Source: Leptonemataceae bacterium (GTDB taxonomy: Bacteria; Spirochaetota; Leptospiria; Leptospirales; Leptonemataceae). From it: a stretch of DNA of 64,000 bases. The stretch is taken from the NCBI GenBank assembly GCA_965227295.1, contig OZ245742.1, positions 2,304,001 to 2,368,000 of the forward strand. The letters run 5' to 3'. Below are positions 22,108 through 32,553 of the stretch, piece by piece; position 1 is the stretch's first letter, and every line of letters starts with the position of its first letter. The notes beneath the pieces were generated by a model, which saw only the letters and a list, made by a program, of their open reading frames with translations, ran no database searches and was not told the DNA's origin. The position numbers were made by a program, and so were the translations under genes.

Positions 22108-24417
22108 CTACCTGTCTTCCGCCAGCTTGCAATAGATGCGCATGTCCTCCAGGTCAAGGCGGTCCAGTTCCAACTGCCACTCTTCGCCGAGAAACGCCGG
22201 TCGGCCCAGGGCCTTGATGTACGCGGAGAAGCGGTCCGGCAGGAGCAACTCGCGTTCGTCGGTCAGATGAAAGGCCATGACCACCGCTTCGGCGGGCAGC
22301 CCCTCGATTTCCAGAAAGACCCGATCGAATTTGATTCCGGTAATGAACCCGGTGAATTTGGTGATACCTTCCTGGCGTACGTAACGCAGGACTTTCAGTT
22401 TGAAGATGTCCCGCTCGGCTTCCATGGCCGTGCGTTCCTGTTCGCTCGTGTGAATTGCCAGCTCATCGACGTCGTCCCGGGTGTAGGGTTGCTTCTTGCG
22501 CTGGATCAACGCCTGCAACGAACGATGGACCACCAGGTCCGGGTAGCGGCGAATGGGTGACGTGAAGTGACAGTAGTTCTCGAAGCCCAGGCCCCAGTGA
22601 CCCCGCGGGTCCGGGGAATACACCGCCTGCATAAACGACCTCAGCATGAGCACGTGAAAGGTATGCAGCAGTCGTTCTCCGCCGACGTGTTTTTCGACAA
22701 TGCGCATCACTTTTTGTAACGACGTGCCGCTGGTGTCCTTGAGTTCGGCGGGGATGTTGTATGAACCGAAGAACTGGTTCAGGTTCTCGGCCTTGCGCGG
22801 GTCCATGGGATCGTGGACGCGATACAAGGTATGCGCCTTGTGTTTCTTTAAGTACGCCGCGACGCAGGTGTTCGCGGAGAGCATGCACTCTTCGATCAAC
22901 ATGGACGACTTCAGTCGCTCGCGATAGTTGATGCTTTCCACGCTGTTGTTCTTGCCGACCTTGATCTTCGCCTCGGGAATGTCCAGGTCGATGCGGCCGA
23001 ACTTCATGCGCCGTTTGCGTTGGGATTGCGCGAGCTTCCAGATCTTGCGCACCATATCCGCGATCTCACGATCCGGGAATTCGTGCGGCGTCTGATCGTC
23101 GTCGTCCGGTTTCGGCGCGGGCCGTTTGCCTTTGCGTCCCGCGGCTTCCGGCGGCGGCGGGATTTCGTTCGCGCCTTCGAGAATGTTCTCGGCGGTTTCG
23201 TAGGTCAGGCGCCGGTCCACGCGGATCACGGACTTGTAGAATTCAGCCGCCGTAAGTTTGCCGTCGCTCAGGCGAATCTCCATCTCCGCCGTAAAGGCCA
23301 GGCGATTCGTATGCGCTACGAGCGAACACAGATTTTCCGAAAGCGCGGGCGGCAGCATGGGCACCACCCAGTTCGCCAGGTAGTACGAGGTCGCGCGGCG
23401 CCGGGCCTCTTTGTCCAGCTCCGAGTTCTGTTCCACGTAGTAACTCACGTCGGCGATGTGCACGAAGAGTTTCACCGTGCCGCGTTTGTGTTTTACGAAC
23501 GTCAACGCATCGTCGAAGTCTTTGGACTCCGCGCCGTCGATGGTGATGGTCGGCAGGTCGCGCAGGTCCCGGCGGTTGTTCCAGTCGCGTACGTTCTTGC
23601 GATTCGGCTCTTCGTCGGCCTTCGGAATTTTCACGTTCGGATAGGCCGTTTGCAGATCATACTTCAACATGATGCGCGCGAAGTCCGGATCGAGGTCCGA
23701 GTCGTCCTCGAAGCGTTCGAAGATCGCCTCCTGCAACTGCGCGCCCTGGTGATAGACGCGTTTGCCGGTAAGCTTCACGATTACGATGATGTCCGGTTCC
23801 AGGCGCTCCACCGCGTCGGCGGAAAGTCGCGAGACGTCCGCCGCGGCGACCAGGCGTGAAGGCAGGTCCAGGACTTCCCCGGCCACGCCGCCGGCCTTCG
23901 GCCGCGTGAGCAAACGCATGCGGTGAAACGAACGCGAACGATTGACGACGTCCAGGACCTCGCCTTCGAAGCGGTCCCGGGTGCGATCCTTGAGGCGAAT
24001 GAGCACCTGATCTCCGGAGAGCGCGTCTTTGGTGTGCGGCGGGGCCACGAAGACGTCCCGGGCATCGCTACCGGTGCCGCGGACGTTGACGAAGGCGACG
24101 CCCTTGGGACTGAAAGAAATCTTGCCGCGGAGCAAGAACGGTTTGCGCACCTGGTAGAGGCCGTTGCCCACGGAGCGCAAGGCGTCGAGTTCTTCCAGGG
24201 CTGAGAGCAGTTCTTCGAGGTACTCTTTGGCGTCGGCCGACATTTGCGGTTCGCGTTTGTTTTTCTTGTTCGGCTTGCCGCCTTTGCGGTCGCCCTTGCG
24301 GCCTTTGTTCGAGTTGGACCATTCGGCCAGTTCCCGGCGCAGTTCACGGAGTTTGATCTTCTGGCCGGCGTGTTTTTCTAAGTAACGCAGTAATGGTGCT
24401 GCTGAGGGTAGTTTCAT
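22108..24417 (-). CDS. rnr: ribonuclease R (RNB family)
   Basis: TIDGAESKDFDDA, VHIADVS, IEECM, HFTSPIRRYPDL, C-terminal S1 domain; start set at MKLPS. Confidence 0.92.
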   Translation of the reverse strand: MKLPSAAPLLRYLEKHAGQKIKLRELRRELAEWSNSNKGRKGDRKGGKPNKKNKREPQMSADAKEYLEELLSALEELDALRSVGNGLYQVRKPFLLRGKISFSPKGVAFVNVRGTGSDARDVFVAPPHTKDALSGDQVLIRLKDRTRDRFEGEVLDVVNRSRSFHRMRLLTRPKAGGVAGEVLDLPSRLVAAADVSRLSADAVERLEPDIIVIVKLTGKRVYHQGAQLQEAIFERFEDDSDLDPDFARIMLKYDLQTAYPNVKIPKADEEPNRKNVRDWNNRRDLRDLPTITIDGAESKDFDDALTFVKHKRGTVKLFVHIADVSYYVEQNSELDKEARRRATSYYLANWVVPMLPPALSENLCSLVAHTNRLAFTAEMEIRLSDGKLTAAEFYKSVIRVDRRLTYETAENILEGANEIPPPPEAAGRKGKRPAPKPDDDDQTPHEFPDREIADMVRKIWKLAQSQRKRRMKFGRIDLDIPEAKIKVGKNNSVESINYRERLKSSMLIEECMLSANTCVAAYLKKHKAHTLYRVHDPMDPRKAENLNQFFGSYNIPAELKDTSGTSLQKVMRIVEKHVGGERLLHTFHVLMLRSFMQAVYSPDPRGHWGLGFENYCHFTSPIRRYPDLVVHRSLQALIQRKKQPYTRDDVDELAIHTSEQERTAMEAERDIFKLKVLRYVRQEGITKFTGFITGIKFDRVFLEIEGLPAEAVVMAFHLTDERELLLPDRFSAYIKALGRPAFLGEEWQLELDRLDLEDMRIYCKLAEDR

Positions 24418-24455
24418 AGTGTTTGTCTTTTTGTTTAAGTTTGATTTCGGTGATG

Positions 24456-25181
24456 TTAGCCCGGAGTCAGGCCTTCCGGGAATTTTGCCCGGGCCGGGTC
24501 TTCGCGTAGATACACCGGCAGGACTTCGCCGAAGCTGCGCGCCACGCCGAAAGCGGCGAGTTCGCAGAGGAGGCGCGCGGAGGGAACCCGCGGCCAGGCC
24601 TCGAGTAAATCCGCACGTGCTCCGTGACGCACGTACGCGCGTACGGCGCCGAGGTCGTCGGCGAAGTAGCGCGGTGTCTGCCCGCGTTCCGCGCAACGAT
24701 CCATGAGTTCGTTCGGGGCGATGTCCAGGAGTTCGACGTCGTGATGCCCGGTGTTCCGGGCAGCGTCCGTCGACATGACGCAGGCGTAGGTGCGCTGCTG
24801 TTTGCCGTCGATGAGCACGGCCAGGTCCGAAGTCCCGGCTTCCATCTCGCAGGCAATGCAGTAAGCATAATACCGTAACGAAGAAACGGCACGCACCGGG
24901 ATGTCCCAGAGCTGCGCCAGATTACGAACCAGGCCCACGCTGATGCGCAGTCCCGTAAACGATCCGGGACCGACGGCCGTTGCGATCCAGTCGGGCCGCT
25001 GGATCTTGCTTTCGCGCAGCACCTCGCGCACCACCGGCACGAGTTGCTGAAACGATTCCCGCGGCGCTTCGAAGGAACGCTCCACGGATTGTCCGCCGTC
25101 GATGAGGCCCACGGTGATCCAGCGATTCGTGGCGTCCACGGCCAGACAACTTCCGGCCGGCTGTTGCAGGGCACGACTCAT
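24456..25181 (-). CDS. tsaB: t6A biosynthesis protein TsaB
   Basis: GPGSFTGLRI motif; PVYLR C-terminus. Confidence 0.92.
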   Translation of the reverse strand: MSRALQQPAGSCLAVDATNRWITVGLIDGGQSVERSFEAPRESFQQLVPVVREVLRESKIQRPDWIATAVGPGSFTGLRISVGLVRNLAQLWDIPVRAVSSLRYYAYCIACEMEAGTSDLAVLIDGKQQRTYACVMSTDAARNTGHHDVELLDIAPNELMDRCAERGQTPRYFADDLGAVRAYVRHGARADLLEAWPRVPSARLLCELAAFGVARSFGEVLPVYLREDPARAKFPEGLTPG

Positions 25182-25711
25182 GTTCCGTAGAACGCGAAGA
25201 CGCGCCCCTCCTCATCGAAGTCGTACTGCCCCGAGCCGGCGCCGTGCGCATCGTCGATGCTTACGTGCAAACGAAAGATCGGTACGGTGTCCGCGGACGG
25301 ATAGTAGTCCCGGCCGCGTTCCCACCACTCGACGGCATGCAATTGCGGGCGATCCGCTCCGACCGCGGCGTCGCGAAAGCGCCCGGCCCAGCGATCGGCG
25401 AAGTCCAGTTGTTCGAGTTCCGCGGGAGTACTCAGGCGGTACAGATCATAATGATACAAATCGCAAACCTTTCCTTCGTAGATGTTAAGCAGATTGAACG
25501 TGGGGCTGTTGATCAACCCGGCCACGCCCAGGCTCGTTCCCAGGGAACGTACGAAGGCGGTCTTGCCGGCGCCCAGTTCGCCTTCGAGAAACAGGAGCGT
25601 CAGCCGGCGCGGGTGCAGATACTCGGCAAAGATCTTCGCGGCCAGCCGTTCCGTGCCGGCGAGATCCGCCGTGCGTTCTTCCAGCAAGAGCTTCGCAGGA
25701 GCCGGGGTCAC
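25178..25711 (-). CDS. tsaE: t6A biosynthesis ATPase TsaE
   Basis: GELGAGKT, SPTF, HYDLYRL, VEW; the GTG start overlaps the upstream TGA. Confidence 0.92.
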   Translation of the reverse strand: MTPAPAKLLLEERTADLAGTERLAAKIFAEYLHPRRLTLLFLEGELGAGKTAFVRSLGTSLGVAGLINSPTFNLLNIYEGKVCDLYHYDLYRLSTPAELEQLDFADRWAGRFRDAAVGADRPQLHAVEWWERGRDYYPSADTVPIFRLHVSIDDAHGAGSGQYDFDEEGRVFAFYGT

Positions 25712-26148
25712 GACGGCGGCCGTCCCCGGCGACGGCCCTGGCCTTGCGAGCCGGCACTGCGCCGACGCCGGGCCGCTGTCTTCCGCGCGGGCGCACTGCC
25801 GTCTCGTGTGTCTCGTTGCACGCCGGCCTGCCGGGCGAAGCTGCGTTCCGACGCGGGTTCCGGGCGCGAACGTTCCGCCGGGGCCCGACGCCGTGGCCGC
25901 CGGAGGTCTTCGTCCACCGACGGCTCGCGCAATCGCCCGAGCACGATGTAGGACGCGCCGAGATACGCCAGCACGACGATCAGCAAAAAGAACGCGCTCG
26001 CCGCGCCCAGGTAGTCCGGGTCGAGGGTGTCCGGTATGATCAACAGCGCCGGATCGTACCAGGCGATGAGATGATAGAACAGGACGTAGAAGACGAGGCC
26101 GTAGACGGTGAAGACGATCGTAAACAGTATTTTCTGAACGGAAGTCAC
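25708..26148 (-). CDS. two-TM membrane protein with basic tail
   Basis: Two hydrophobic helices; stop overlaps the tsaE start; start uncertain. Confidence 0.6.
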   Translation of the reverse strand: MTSVQKILFTIVFTVYGLVFYVLFYHLIAWYDPALLIIPDTLDPDYLGAASAFFLLIVVLAYLGASYIVLGRLREPSVDEDLRRPRRRAPAERSRPEPASERSFARQAGVQRDTRDGSAPARKTAARRRRSAGSQGQGRRRGRPPS

Positions 26149-26193
26149 GGGGAATCGTTGCCGCGCCGCGCCTCCGCTCAGACGGTGCCCGGC

Positions 26194-26724
26194 ATGATGG
26201 TGATGACGGGCGGCATCTCCCAATTCGTAGCGTTTCTGTGGGGCGGCGGGCCGGTGATGGCGTTTCTGATTGTACTCTCCGTGCTGATTCTCGCAACCGG
26301 CGTGTACTGCTACCATCAATTCATAACGCTCCGGACGGTCAATCATCCCGTGCACGCGCGTATGCAGGAATTGCTCCGCCTGTATCCCCGCCTGGACGCC
26401 GACGACGCCTTCGACCTGGCCGTCTACGGACTGCGCCGGGCGGTCCACTGGCTCGCCTACCTGGCGCACATCGCCACGCTCTCGGGTTTGCTGGGCACGG
26501 TCCTGGGGATCCGCGAAAGTTTCAGCCGTCTCTCCGGGGCGAACACCGCCATGTTGCAGATCATCGCGTCGGGGATCGATCAGGCCATCGCCACGACCAT
26601 CGTGGGCCTGAGTCTGGCCATACCGGCGCTGTTGTTGCACTATTACTTTCGCGATCAACTGCGCCGCGCGGAACTGGAACTCCCGCTCCAGTTCGAACAG
26701 CGCGGACCGGAGATGGGGACGTGA
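26194..26724 (+). CDS. exbB: MotA/TolQ/ExbB proton channel
   Basis: GGPVM, GLLGTVLGI, IASGIDQAIATTIVGL. Confidence 0.85.
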   Translation: MMVMTGGISQFVAFLWGGGPVMAFLIVLSVLILATGVYCYHQFITLRTVNHPVHARMQELLRLYPRLDADDAFDLAVYGLRRAVHWLAYLAHIATLSGLLGTVLGIRESFSRLSGANTAMLQIIASGIDQAIATTIVGLSLAIPALLLHYYFRDQLRRAELELPLQFEQRGPEMGT

Positions 26725-27140
26725 GTCGTCGGCGCCGCCGCCGCGCCGAGAACGGCGAGGGCGGCGAAGATCTGCCGCTTACATCCATGCTGGACGCGGT
26801 GTTTATTCTGCTCATTTTTTTGATGATTGCTGTCAATTTTCAGGAGTCGGCTCTAACCCTGGATTTGCCCGAGGTGGCCGAAGCGCCGGGGACGGGCGAC
26901 GACGTCTACGCCACGGTGCTGGTGGATGCGGAGGAACGCATCTTCGTGAGCGGCGGCGGTTTACAACTGCGCGAGGTGCAGGACGCGGAACTCCGCAATG
27001 TTGCGGAGGGCTGGTCGCGGCGAGCGATTCGCCTGGAAGCGGACGCCGCGGCGAACTTCGCCGCGGTGGTGCGGGTGTTCGACGCTTTGCGATCCGCGGG
27101 GGTGGAGCGCTTGCGCATCGGTGTGCGCGAAGCGCGGTAG
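26721..27140 (+). CDS. exbD: ExbD/TolR biopolymer transporter
   Basis: LTSMLDAVFILLIFLMI, LEAD, VVRVFD; GTGA overlap with exbB. Confidence 0.88.
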   Translation: MSRRRRRRAENGEGGEDLPLTSMLDAVFILLIFLMIAVNFQESALTLDLPEVAEAPGTGDDVYATVLVDAEERIFVSGGGLQLREVQDAELRNVAEGWSRRAIRLEADAAANFAAVVRVFDALRSAGVERLRIGVREAR

Positions 27141-27244
27141 CAGCCGGCCGCGAGTCACGGGAAGGTTTGCAATATTTTCTCTGTACGTTGTTGTTCTTCT
27201 CAGGCCGGCGGTTATGATCGGAACAACGACGGTGTATTAGAGAA

Positions 27245-28399
27245 ATGTTAAGATTTTTTGCGCGACAGCTACAGCTTCCGATTTTGTCGGCCGTGTTCTT
27301 TGCGTCGTTCTTGTTCGTACACACCTCACTCTCCGCGCAAATCACCTGCACCGGTACCGCGTGCGACTATATTCCGCTGACGCCGGAAGAGTACAATCAG
27401 GCCTTCTACGAGATTCAGAATCAGTACACCCGTGGTCTGTTTGACGATATGGCCGAGGCCCTGGTCATCGCAAACATCACCACGCCGTACATCGGCACCG
27501 TAAATTTACAGGGCGTAACCTTCGGTGCAAACGTCGGCGCCGGTTATACGGAAGGCAATGAGATAGACATCGACGTGCCCGGCGTCGGCATCATTGAGGA
27601 TATTCCGTCCGGCGGTGCGGCCATCAACGGCCGGCTCTTCGGCGGCGTGAACCTCGGCTGGTTGCTCAGCCAACCCTTCGATCCGTACGCCGAAGACGAG
27701 AACGGCGATCGTCGTACGCCGTCGCTCCTGGCCCTGTCGCGCTTCGACGTTTATTTCGGCGGCTTCAAACACACGCAAACGTTCAGTGACGAGTACAACA
27801 TCGACGGACGTCTGCGGGCCACGGTGCGTTCCGAGAGTTTCGAAGTACGCTATCATCTTATAGAAGGCAGCGAGGTCTTCGGCGGTCCGCTGTTGCGCTT
27901 TCGCGGTGTCTCCCTCGGCGCGGGGTACGCGAGCAGTGCCCAGCGCCTCCGTTTCGCTCAAGAAGATACCGAACCCCTGGGCCTGAACCTGGTGGAAGGC
28001 GTGCGCCTGGAGTGGATCGGCCAGAACGTGGCCCTGCTCGAAAACAACGTGCGCAGTACCATGATCGAATTGCACACGGGCATTCAGTTGCTGTATTTTT
28101 TGAATCTCACCATCGGCGGCGGCATTGCGAAAAGCAAAGGCCAGACCGATTTCTTCCTGACCCGCTACGGTCCCGTATACGTCTCGGGCTCGGATCCGCT
28201 GTCGGCGCTACTGGGAAACAATTCCCAGGGGAACGCGCTGCTCACCCTGAGCCTGCTCGAACAGGGCGAAGTACCTGAAGACCTGCATTACCTCAAGGGC
28301 GGCGTGGAGTTCAATCTCTGGGCGCTGAAGATCGGCATTCAGGGCACTATGACCCGCGCGAACTACGGGGCGAACGTCGGGTTGCGCTTCGAGTTTTAG
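27245..28399 (+). CDS. exported surface/outer-membrane protein, Lsa36-like
   Basis: Signal peptide then AQITCTGTAC; amphipathic beta strands; C-terminal Phe (GLRFEF). Confidence 0.65.
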   Translation: MLRFFARQLQLPILSAVFFASFLFVHTSLSAQITCTGTACDYIPLTPEEYNQAFYEIQNQYTRGLFDDMAEALVIANITTPYIGTVNLQGVTFGANVGAGYTEGNEIDIDVPGVGIIEDIPSGGAAINGRLFGGVNLGWLLSQPFDPYAEDENGDRRTPSLLALSRFDVYFGGFKHTQTFSDEYNIDGRLRATVRSESFEVRYHLIEGSEVFGGPLLRFRGVSLGAGYASSAQRLRFAQEDTEPLGLNLVEGVRLEWIGQNVALLENNVRSTMIELHTGIQLLYFLNLTIGGGIAKSKGQTDFFLTRYGPVYVSGSDPLSALLGNNSQGNALLTLSLLEQGEVPEDLHYLKGGVEFNLWALKIGIQGTMTRANYGANVGLRFEF

Positions 28400-28650
28400 T
28401 CATGGTCGCGTTTGCGCTCGCTCGCCGCCTGCGTGAGTTGATGGAGATGGAACAACTCTACGCCGATGAGGACCTGGACCTCGGTCGCCTGGCCGACGCA
28501 TCAAGCGTGAGCGGCCACCAGCTTTCGGAGTAGGTCGCAGCGTCCGGGAGTATACCGCCGGACGTCCATGCGGATCACACCGGACGACCCGGCCCTTTGC
28601 ATGATGCATACTCCTCTCATGCAGACGAGCTGTCTGCGGGAGGTATGCAA

Positions 28651-29571
28651 ATGGACTTAGACTCTTTATCGTTTTTCGAAGCCGTGCCCTACGTCTTCCT
28701 GTCCGACACGATCTTCTGGCTGGTGCGTTACGCGCTCTTCGCGGGCGCGGCCTTTGTGTTCGTGTATTTCGTTGCGCGGAAATTGTTTCCGGCCCGGCGC
28801 ATCCAGAAGCGTGAGCCCGGCGAAGGCCGGCGCCTCAAGGAGATCGGCTGGTCCGTCGCGACGATTTTGATGTTCGCGACCATGGCCCTGGGCATCTACG
28901 CGCTCAAGCGCAGTGATACCACGTTGCTCTACATGGACATCAATGAGTACGGCTGGCTGTACTACGGCTGTTCCTGGATCGCGCTGATCCTGATTCACGA
29001 CGCCTACTTTTACTGGATGCATCGTTTCATGCACTGGGGGCCGGTCTATCGATATGTGCACTCGGTGCATCATCGTTCCACGAATCCGTCGCCGCTCGCG
29101 GCGCTGGCGTTTCATCCCCTCGAAGCGCTGCTTGAGTTTTCGTTCATGTTCCCGTTGCTCTTCGTGCTCCCGATGCACTTCTCGATCCTGGCGTTGTATC
29201 CTTCGCTTATGTTTCTTTCGAACGTCTACGGGCACCTCGGCTACGAGTTTCTGCCTTCCGGTTTTGCGCGCTCGAAGATCGGCCGTTATTTGCTGACGTC
29301 GTCGTTGCACAATGCGCATCATAAGAAGTTCTTCGTGAACTACGGCTTCTACTTTTACTGGTGGGACCGCTGGTTCGGCACGATCGACCCGGAGTACGAG
29401 AACGACTTTCGGAAAGATGCGGACGGCTTCAGGCATTTGAATCTTACGTTAGCGATTGGAGGGGCGCGCGGTAGCGCGCGTCCGGAGCGTAGCGGAGGAA
29501 CGGAAGTGAATTCATCTCTTCCCCACCGAGCGCGTAGCGCGGAGGGGAACGCCCTTATAAGCATTAACTGA
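28651..29571 (+). CDS. sterol desaturase / fatty acid hydroxylase family protein
   Basis: His boxes HRFMH, HSVHH, GH, HNAHH; GGAGG upstream; C-terminus reads through a REP-like element. Confidence 0.9.
   Translation: MDLDSLSFFEAVPYVFLSDTIFWLVRYALFAGAAFVFVYFVARKLFPARRIQKREPGEGRRLKEIGWSVATILMFATMALGIYALKRSDTTLLYMDINEYGWLYYGCSWIALILIHDAYFYWMHRFMHWGPVYRYVHSVHHRSTNPSPLAALAFHPLEALLEFSFMFPLLFVLPMHFSILALYPSLMFLSNVYGHLGYEFLPSGFARSKIGRYLLTSSLHNAHHKKFFVNYGFYFYWWDRWFGTIDPEYENDFRKDADGFRHLNLTLAIGGARGSARPERSGGTEVNSSLPHRARSAEGNALISIN
29447..29554 (+). repeat. REP-like structured element
   Basis: CGTTAGCGATTGGAGGG-hairpin-TCCGGAGCGTAGCGGAGGA...hairpin-AACGCCC. Confidence 0.75.
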
Positions 29572-29626
29572 TGATAAGTTTGCCGATCTGATTCTTAATA
29601 TAGCCAAATTATCAAAATGCTTATTT

Positions 29627-29782
29627 GGGCGCCCCGCCACTGCGTGTGAGGGGGAACACATGAATTCCGCCCCGACAAGCGGGGCGGAATTGGTCGGGCT
29701 GCTACAGGCTCCGCTTCGCTTCGGTCCTGCGCCTTCGGCTTCGGACTCGCGCCTGTCGGCGCGACCTTGCGCATCCCTGGCG
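29627..29782 (-). repeat. REP-like structured element (inverted relative to the 29447 copy)
   Basis: Minus strand CGCCAGGGATGCG...GGACCGAAGCGAAGCGGAGCCTGTAGCAGCCCGAC...GCGCCC. Confidence 0.75.
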
Positions 29783-29809
29783 CGAAGAACTGGATTTCGG
29801 TGAGTTTTC

Positions 29810-31582
29810 TCACCCAATCAACTGGCCGCCGCCGTCGGCCTGCTGCGCTTTGATCATCTCCATGGTTTCCATGGCCTCGGATTCTTTTTCCATGACGAGC
29901 GCCCGGCCGGCGTTGCCGAGCTTCGCGAGAATCTTCGAGAGCAGGCGCAGGTTGCGCCAGGATTCCGGCCGGCGCAGGCGATAGCGTTCGCACCAGTCCG
30001 CCGCCGTTTCGTAGCGGCGGTCGCCCAGCAGGATGCGCGCGCCGGCGTAGAGAAAATCGGTGTCGTGCGGGAAGTCGTCGAGATACTTTTCGGCGGAATC
30101 CGCGGCCTCGGCGTGACGACCGAGCTTGTAATATGCTTTCGCCATATGTTTGTGCAGCTTCGTACGAAAGCCGTCGCCGCCGAATTTCAGCAGTTCCCCG
30201 GCTTCTTCGAGTTTCGCGAGGACCGCCTCGTAGTCCGGTGAATCGCCGGAGGCAAGTTTGCGGGCCTCAGCCAGAAGATCGTGAAACTTCTGCGGCGGCT
30301 GCTTCGGCAAGGCCTGACCTTCGCCGTAGGATACGCGCATGAGCGACAGGTCGTCGGTGAGTTGGCCGACCTTGCGAATTTCGCTGACGATGCCCTCGAG
30401 CCGGCCGTCGGCCGTTTCCACGTGGCGCAGAAAGAGCGAATCGTCGGCGTTGATTTCCCGATCGCCTTCTTCGTCCGTGCCGATGAGCAGGTCGTCCCGG
30501 CCGTCGGAGCCGATCAAGAGGACGTCGCCGTGTTGCAGCGGGAAGACCTGGATTTTTACGTGCCGGTCGTTCACGTCGGGATAACCGATCTTCTGTAGCG
30601 GGTCGTCGTCTTCGATGAAGTTCGCCCGCCCGTCGCGGTAGAGAGCCATGCCCGGATGTTCGGCGTTGATGTAGTACATGGTGCCCGTGCGATCGTCGAT
30701 GACGCCGAGGACGAGGGAGATGAGCATCGTGGCGTCGAAAGACTCGAAGACGCGTTGCAATTCGACCAGGCTGTGCTTGATCCAGAGCTCCGGCGTTTGC
30801 GACTGCACTTCCAGGGAGATTTTGGAACGTTCCATGTTCGCTTCGAAGATGGACCCCAGCACGAGCACACCGCCGGCGCCCTGCAGGGACTTGCCCATGG
30901 CGTCGGCGTTCAAAAAGACCGTACAGTTGCGCCCGCTCAACTGAAACGTATGCGCGACACAGAGATCCCCGCCCAGTTGGCCGTCCCACTTCTTGAATCG
31001 AAACTGCTTCTTCTGGAGCAGGTAGTACTCCACCGAAACGGAGTCGCTGCGCACGAAGTTGCCGCCGAGCGGTTTGATCAACTGCGCCGTGAGAAAGTAG
31101 TCGCCGTCCTGCTCGAACTTCATCTTCGAAGTGGCCAGGAGATGGTCCTCGATTTCCCGGGACAGCGTGGTCACCTTTTCCAGGTTGGCCTGGTTCTTCT
31201 TAAGTTCTGTTGTGATGGAGTTAAACGCCGCGGCAAACTCGTCGATCTCGCCGCCGTGGCTGCCGACGGGCGTTGCGCTGAGGTCGGCGAACTCCTTTTG
31301 TTCGGCCAGGGTGCCGGCGGCCCGGGCTTCCCGGCCGACCCGGCGAATGGGCGTGACGACCAGCTTCATGAGAATGAGCACGGAGACCAGAGCGCCGGCC
31401 AGGCAGGCGCCGGCAAACACCGCGAGGAAGAGCATGTCTTCCGTGGACGGGAGCAGCAGGCGCGCCGCAAAGAACACGCCGACGCAGTAGGCGACGAGCA
31501 GGACCGGAACGACAATTACGGCCAGGGAAAAACCGCGGTACCAGGGCACGGTCGGGGGGACGGCTGCGTTCGACGAACTCAT
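29810..31582 (-). CDS. HAMP - SpoIIE/PP2C phosphatase - TPR membrane protein
   Basis: 2 TM helices, HAMP, QDGDYFL, LGGD, NADAMGKS, NAEHP, GSDG, DDLS, TPR tail. Confidence 0.9.
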   Translation of the reverse strand: MSSSNAAVPPTVPWYRGFSLAVIVVPVLLVAYCVGVFFAARLLLPSTEDMLFLAVFAGACLAGALVSVLILMKLVVTPIRRVGREARAAGTLAEQKEFADLSATPVGSHGGEIDEFAAAFNSITTELKKNQANLEKVTTLSREIEDHLLATSKMKFEQDGDYFLTAQLIKPLGGNFVRSDSVSVEYYLLQKKQFRFKKWDGQLGGDLCVAHTFQLSGRNCTVFLNADAMGKSLQGAGGVLVLGSIFEANMERSKISLEVQSQTPELWIKHSLVELQRVFESFDATMLISLVLGVIDDRTGTMYYINAEHPGMALYRDGRANFIEDDDPLQKIGYPDVNDRHVKIQVFPLQHGDVLLIGSDGRDDLLIGTDEEGDREINADDSLFLRHVETADGRLEGIVSEIRKVGQLTDDLSLMRVSYGEGQALPKQPPQKFHDLLAEARKLASGDSPDYEAVLAKLEEAGELLKFGGDGFRTKLHKHMAKAYYKLGRHAEAADSAEKYLDDFPHDTDFLYAGARILLGDRRYETAADWCERYRLRRPESWRNLRLLSKILAKLGNAGRALVMEKESEAMETMEMIKAQQADGGGQLIG

Positions 31583-31642
31583 CGGAGAGCGGATGTTGTG
31601 AACGGCCGCACACGGCGCGGCAAGCGAAAAAGTGGTTGGGAG

Positions 31643-32422
31643 TCAGCTCCGACGTTGGCGAGAACGCTTCAGGCGGTCTCTGGTTTTCGCGTCGAGTTTT
31701 TCCACGGCCGCGCGGAACGCCGTCGCCGAAATGGACGAAAGATGGTGTTCGAGGAAGGCCAGGGTGTCCTCGGGATAGACGTGCCCGGTTTCCCGCAGGG
31801 TCCAGCCGAGCCCCTTTTGCACGTAGATTTTTTCATCGTCGAGGAGTCGGCGGAGCAGCGGAAAGATCTTCGACTTTGCCGGGCTGCGCTTTCGCAGAAA
31901 GGCGTAACACAACAGGCTGACCACGGACTGCCGCCGCAGCCAGGGATTCGGCGAGGCATTCCAGTCTTTCAGAACGGGGTAGACGATCTGCGGCGCGCGT
32001 TCGTGAAAGTCGGCGAAGATCTTCGAGAAACGATCCGAGTGTTCCCAGTTGTCGCAGCCGTTCCGCGGATCGCCGACCCAGGCGGCCAGTTCGGGAAAGT
32101 GCAGGGCGACGTCCGGCCGGCGCGCGGGATTCTTATGCGTGGCCAGGGCCTCGTAGTAAAGCAGCGGCTGGATCTTGCTTTCGAAGAGCGGGGACTCGTG
32201 CCACACCTCCGCGAAGGACGCGAGCACGGCCTCGGGTTCCGGGGATTCCCGCGTAAACGAAAAGCCGGCCTTGTGAATCTTACGCAGCGCGGGCAGGGCC
32301 AGGCCCAGGGTTTCCAGTTGCGTGCCGTAGATCGACCGGCGTTTCGCGGCGACGTCCTTCGAAATGCGCGCGGCCTTTGCGGCGGAACGGCAGGCGGCAT
32401 CGACTTCGGCGGCGGGAGACAT
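31643..32422 (-). CDS. DNA alkylation repair protein (AlkD-like)
   Basis: DNWEHSD, PWLRR, YVQKGLGWTLRE. Confidence 0.85.
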   Translation of the reverse strand: MSPAAEVDAACRSAAKAARISKDVAAKRRSIYGTQLETLGLALPALRKIHKAGFSFTRESPEPEAVLASFAEVWHESPLFESKIQPLLYYEALATHKNPARRPDVALHFPELAAWVGDPRNGCDNWEHSDRFSKIFADFHERAPQIVYPVLKDWNASPNPWLRRQSVVSLLCYAFLRKRSPAKSKIFPLLRRLLDDEKIYVQKGLGWTLRETGHVYPEDTLAFLEHHLSSISATAFRAAVEKLDAKTRDRLKRSRQRRS

Positions 32423-32553
32423 GGTCGGAATCGCGCAAACTGGAAATCGGTTCGTCAACGGAAAATTCAAGGCGGCGCCTCCGCGGTAACCATGCCCCGA
32501 TCGACACCAGAAATTGTGCTTGTTTCTCCATGCGATCTGATTTGCATTATATC

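Noticed and set aside
24418..26658. Long ORF-track extensions of rnr, tsaE, the membrane protein and exbB
   Set aside because: Arg/Pro-rich read-through overlapping real neighbouring genes; downstream starts fit the operon overlaps.
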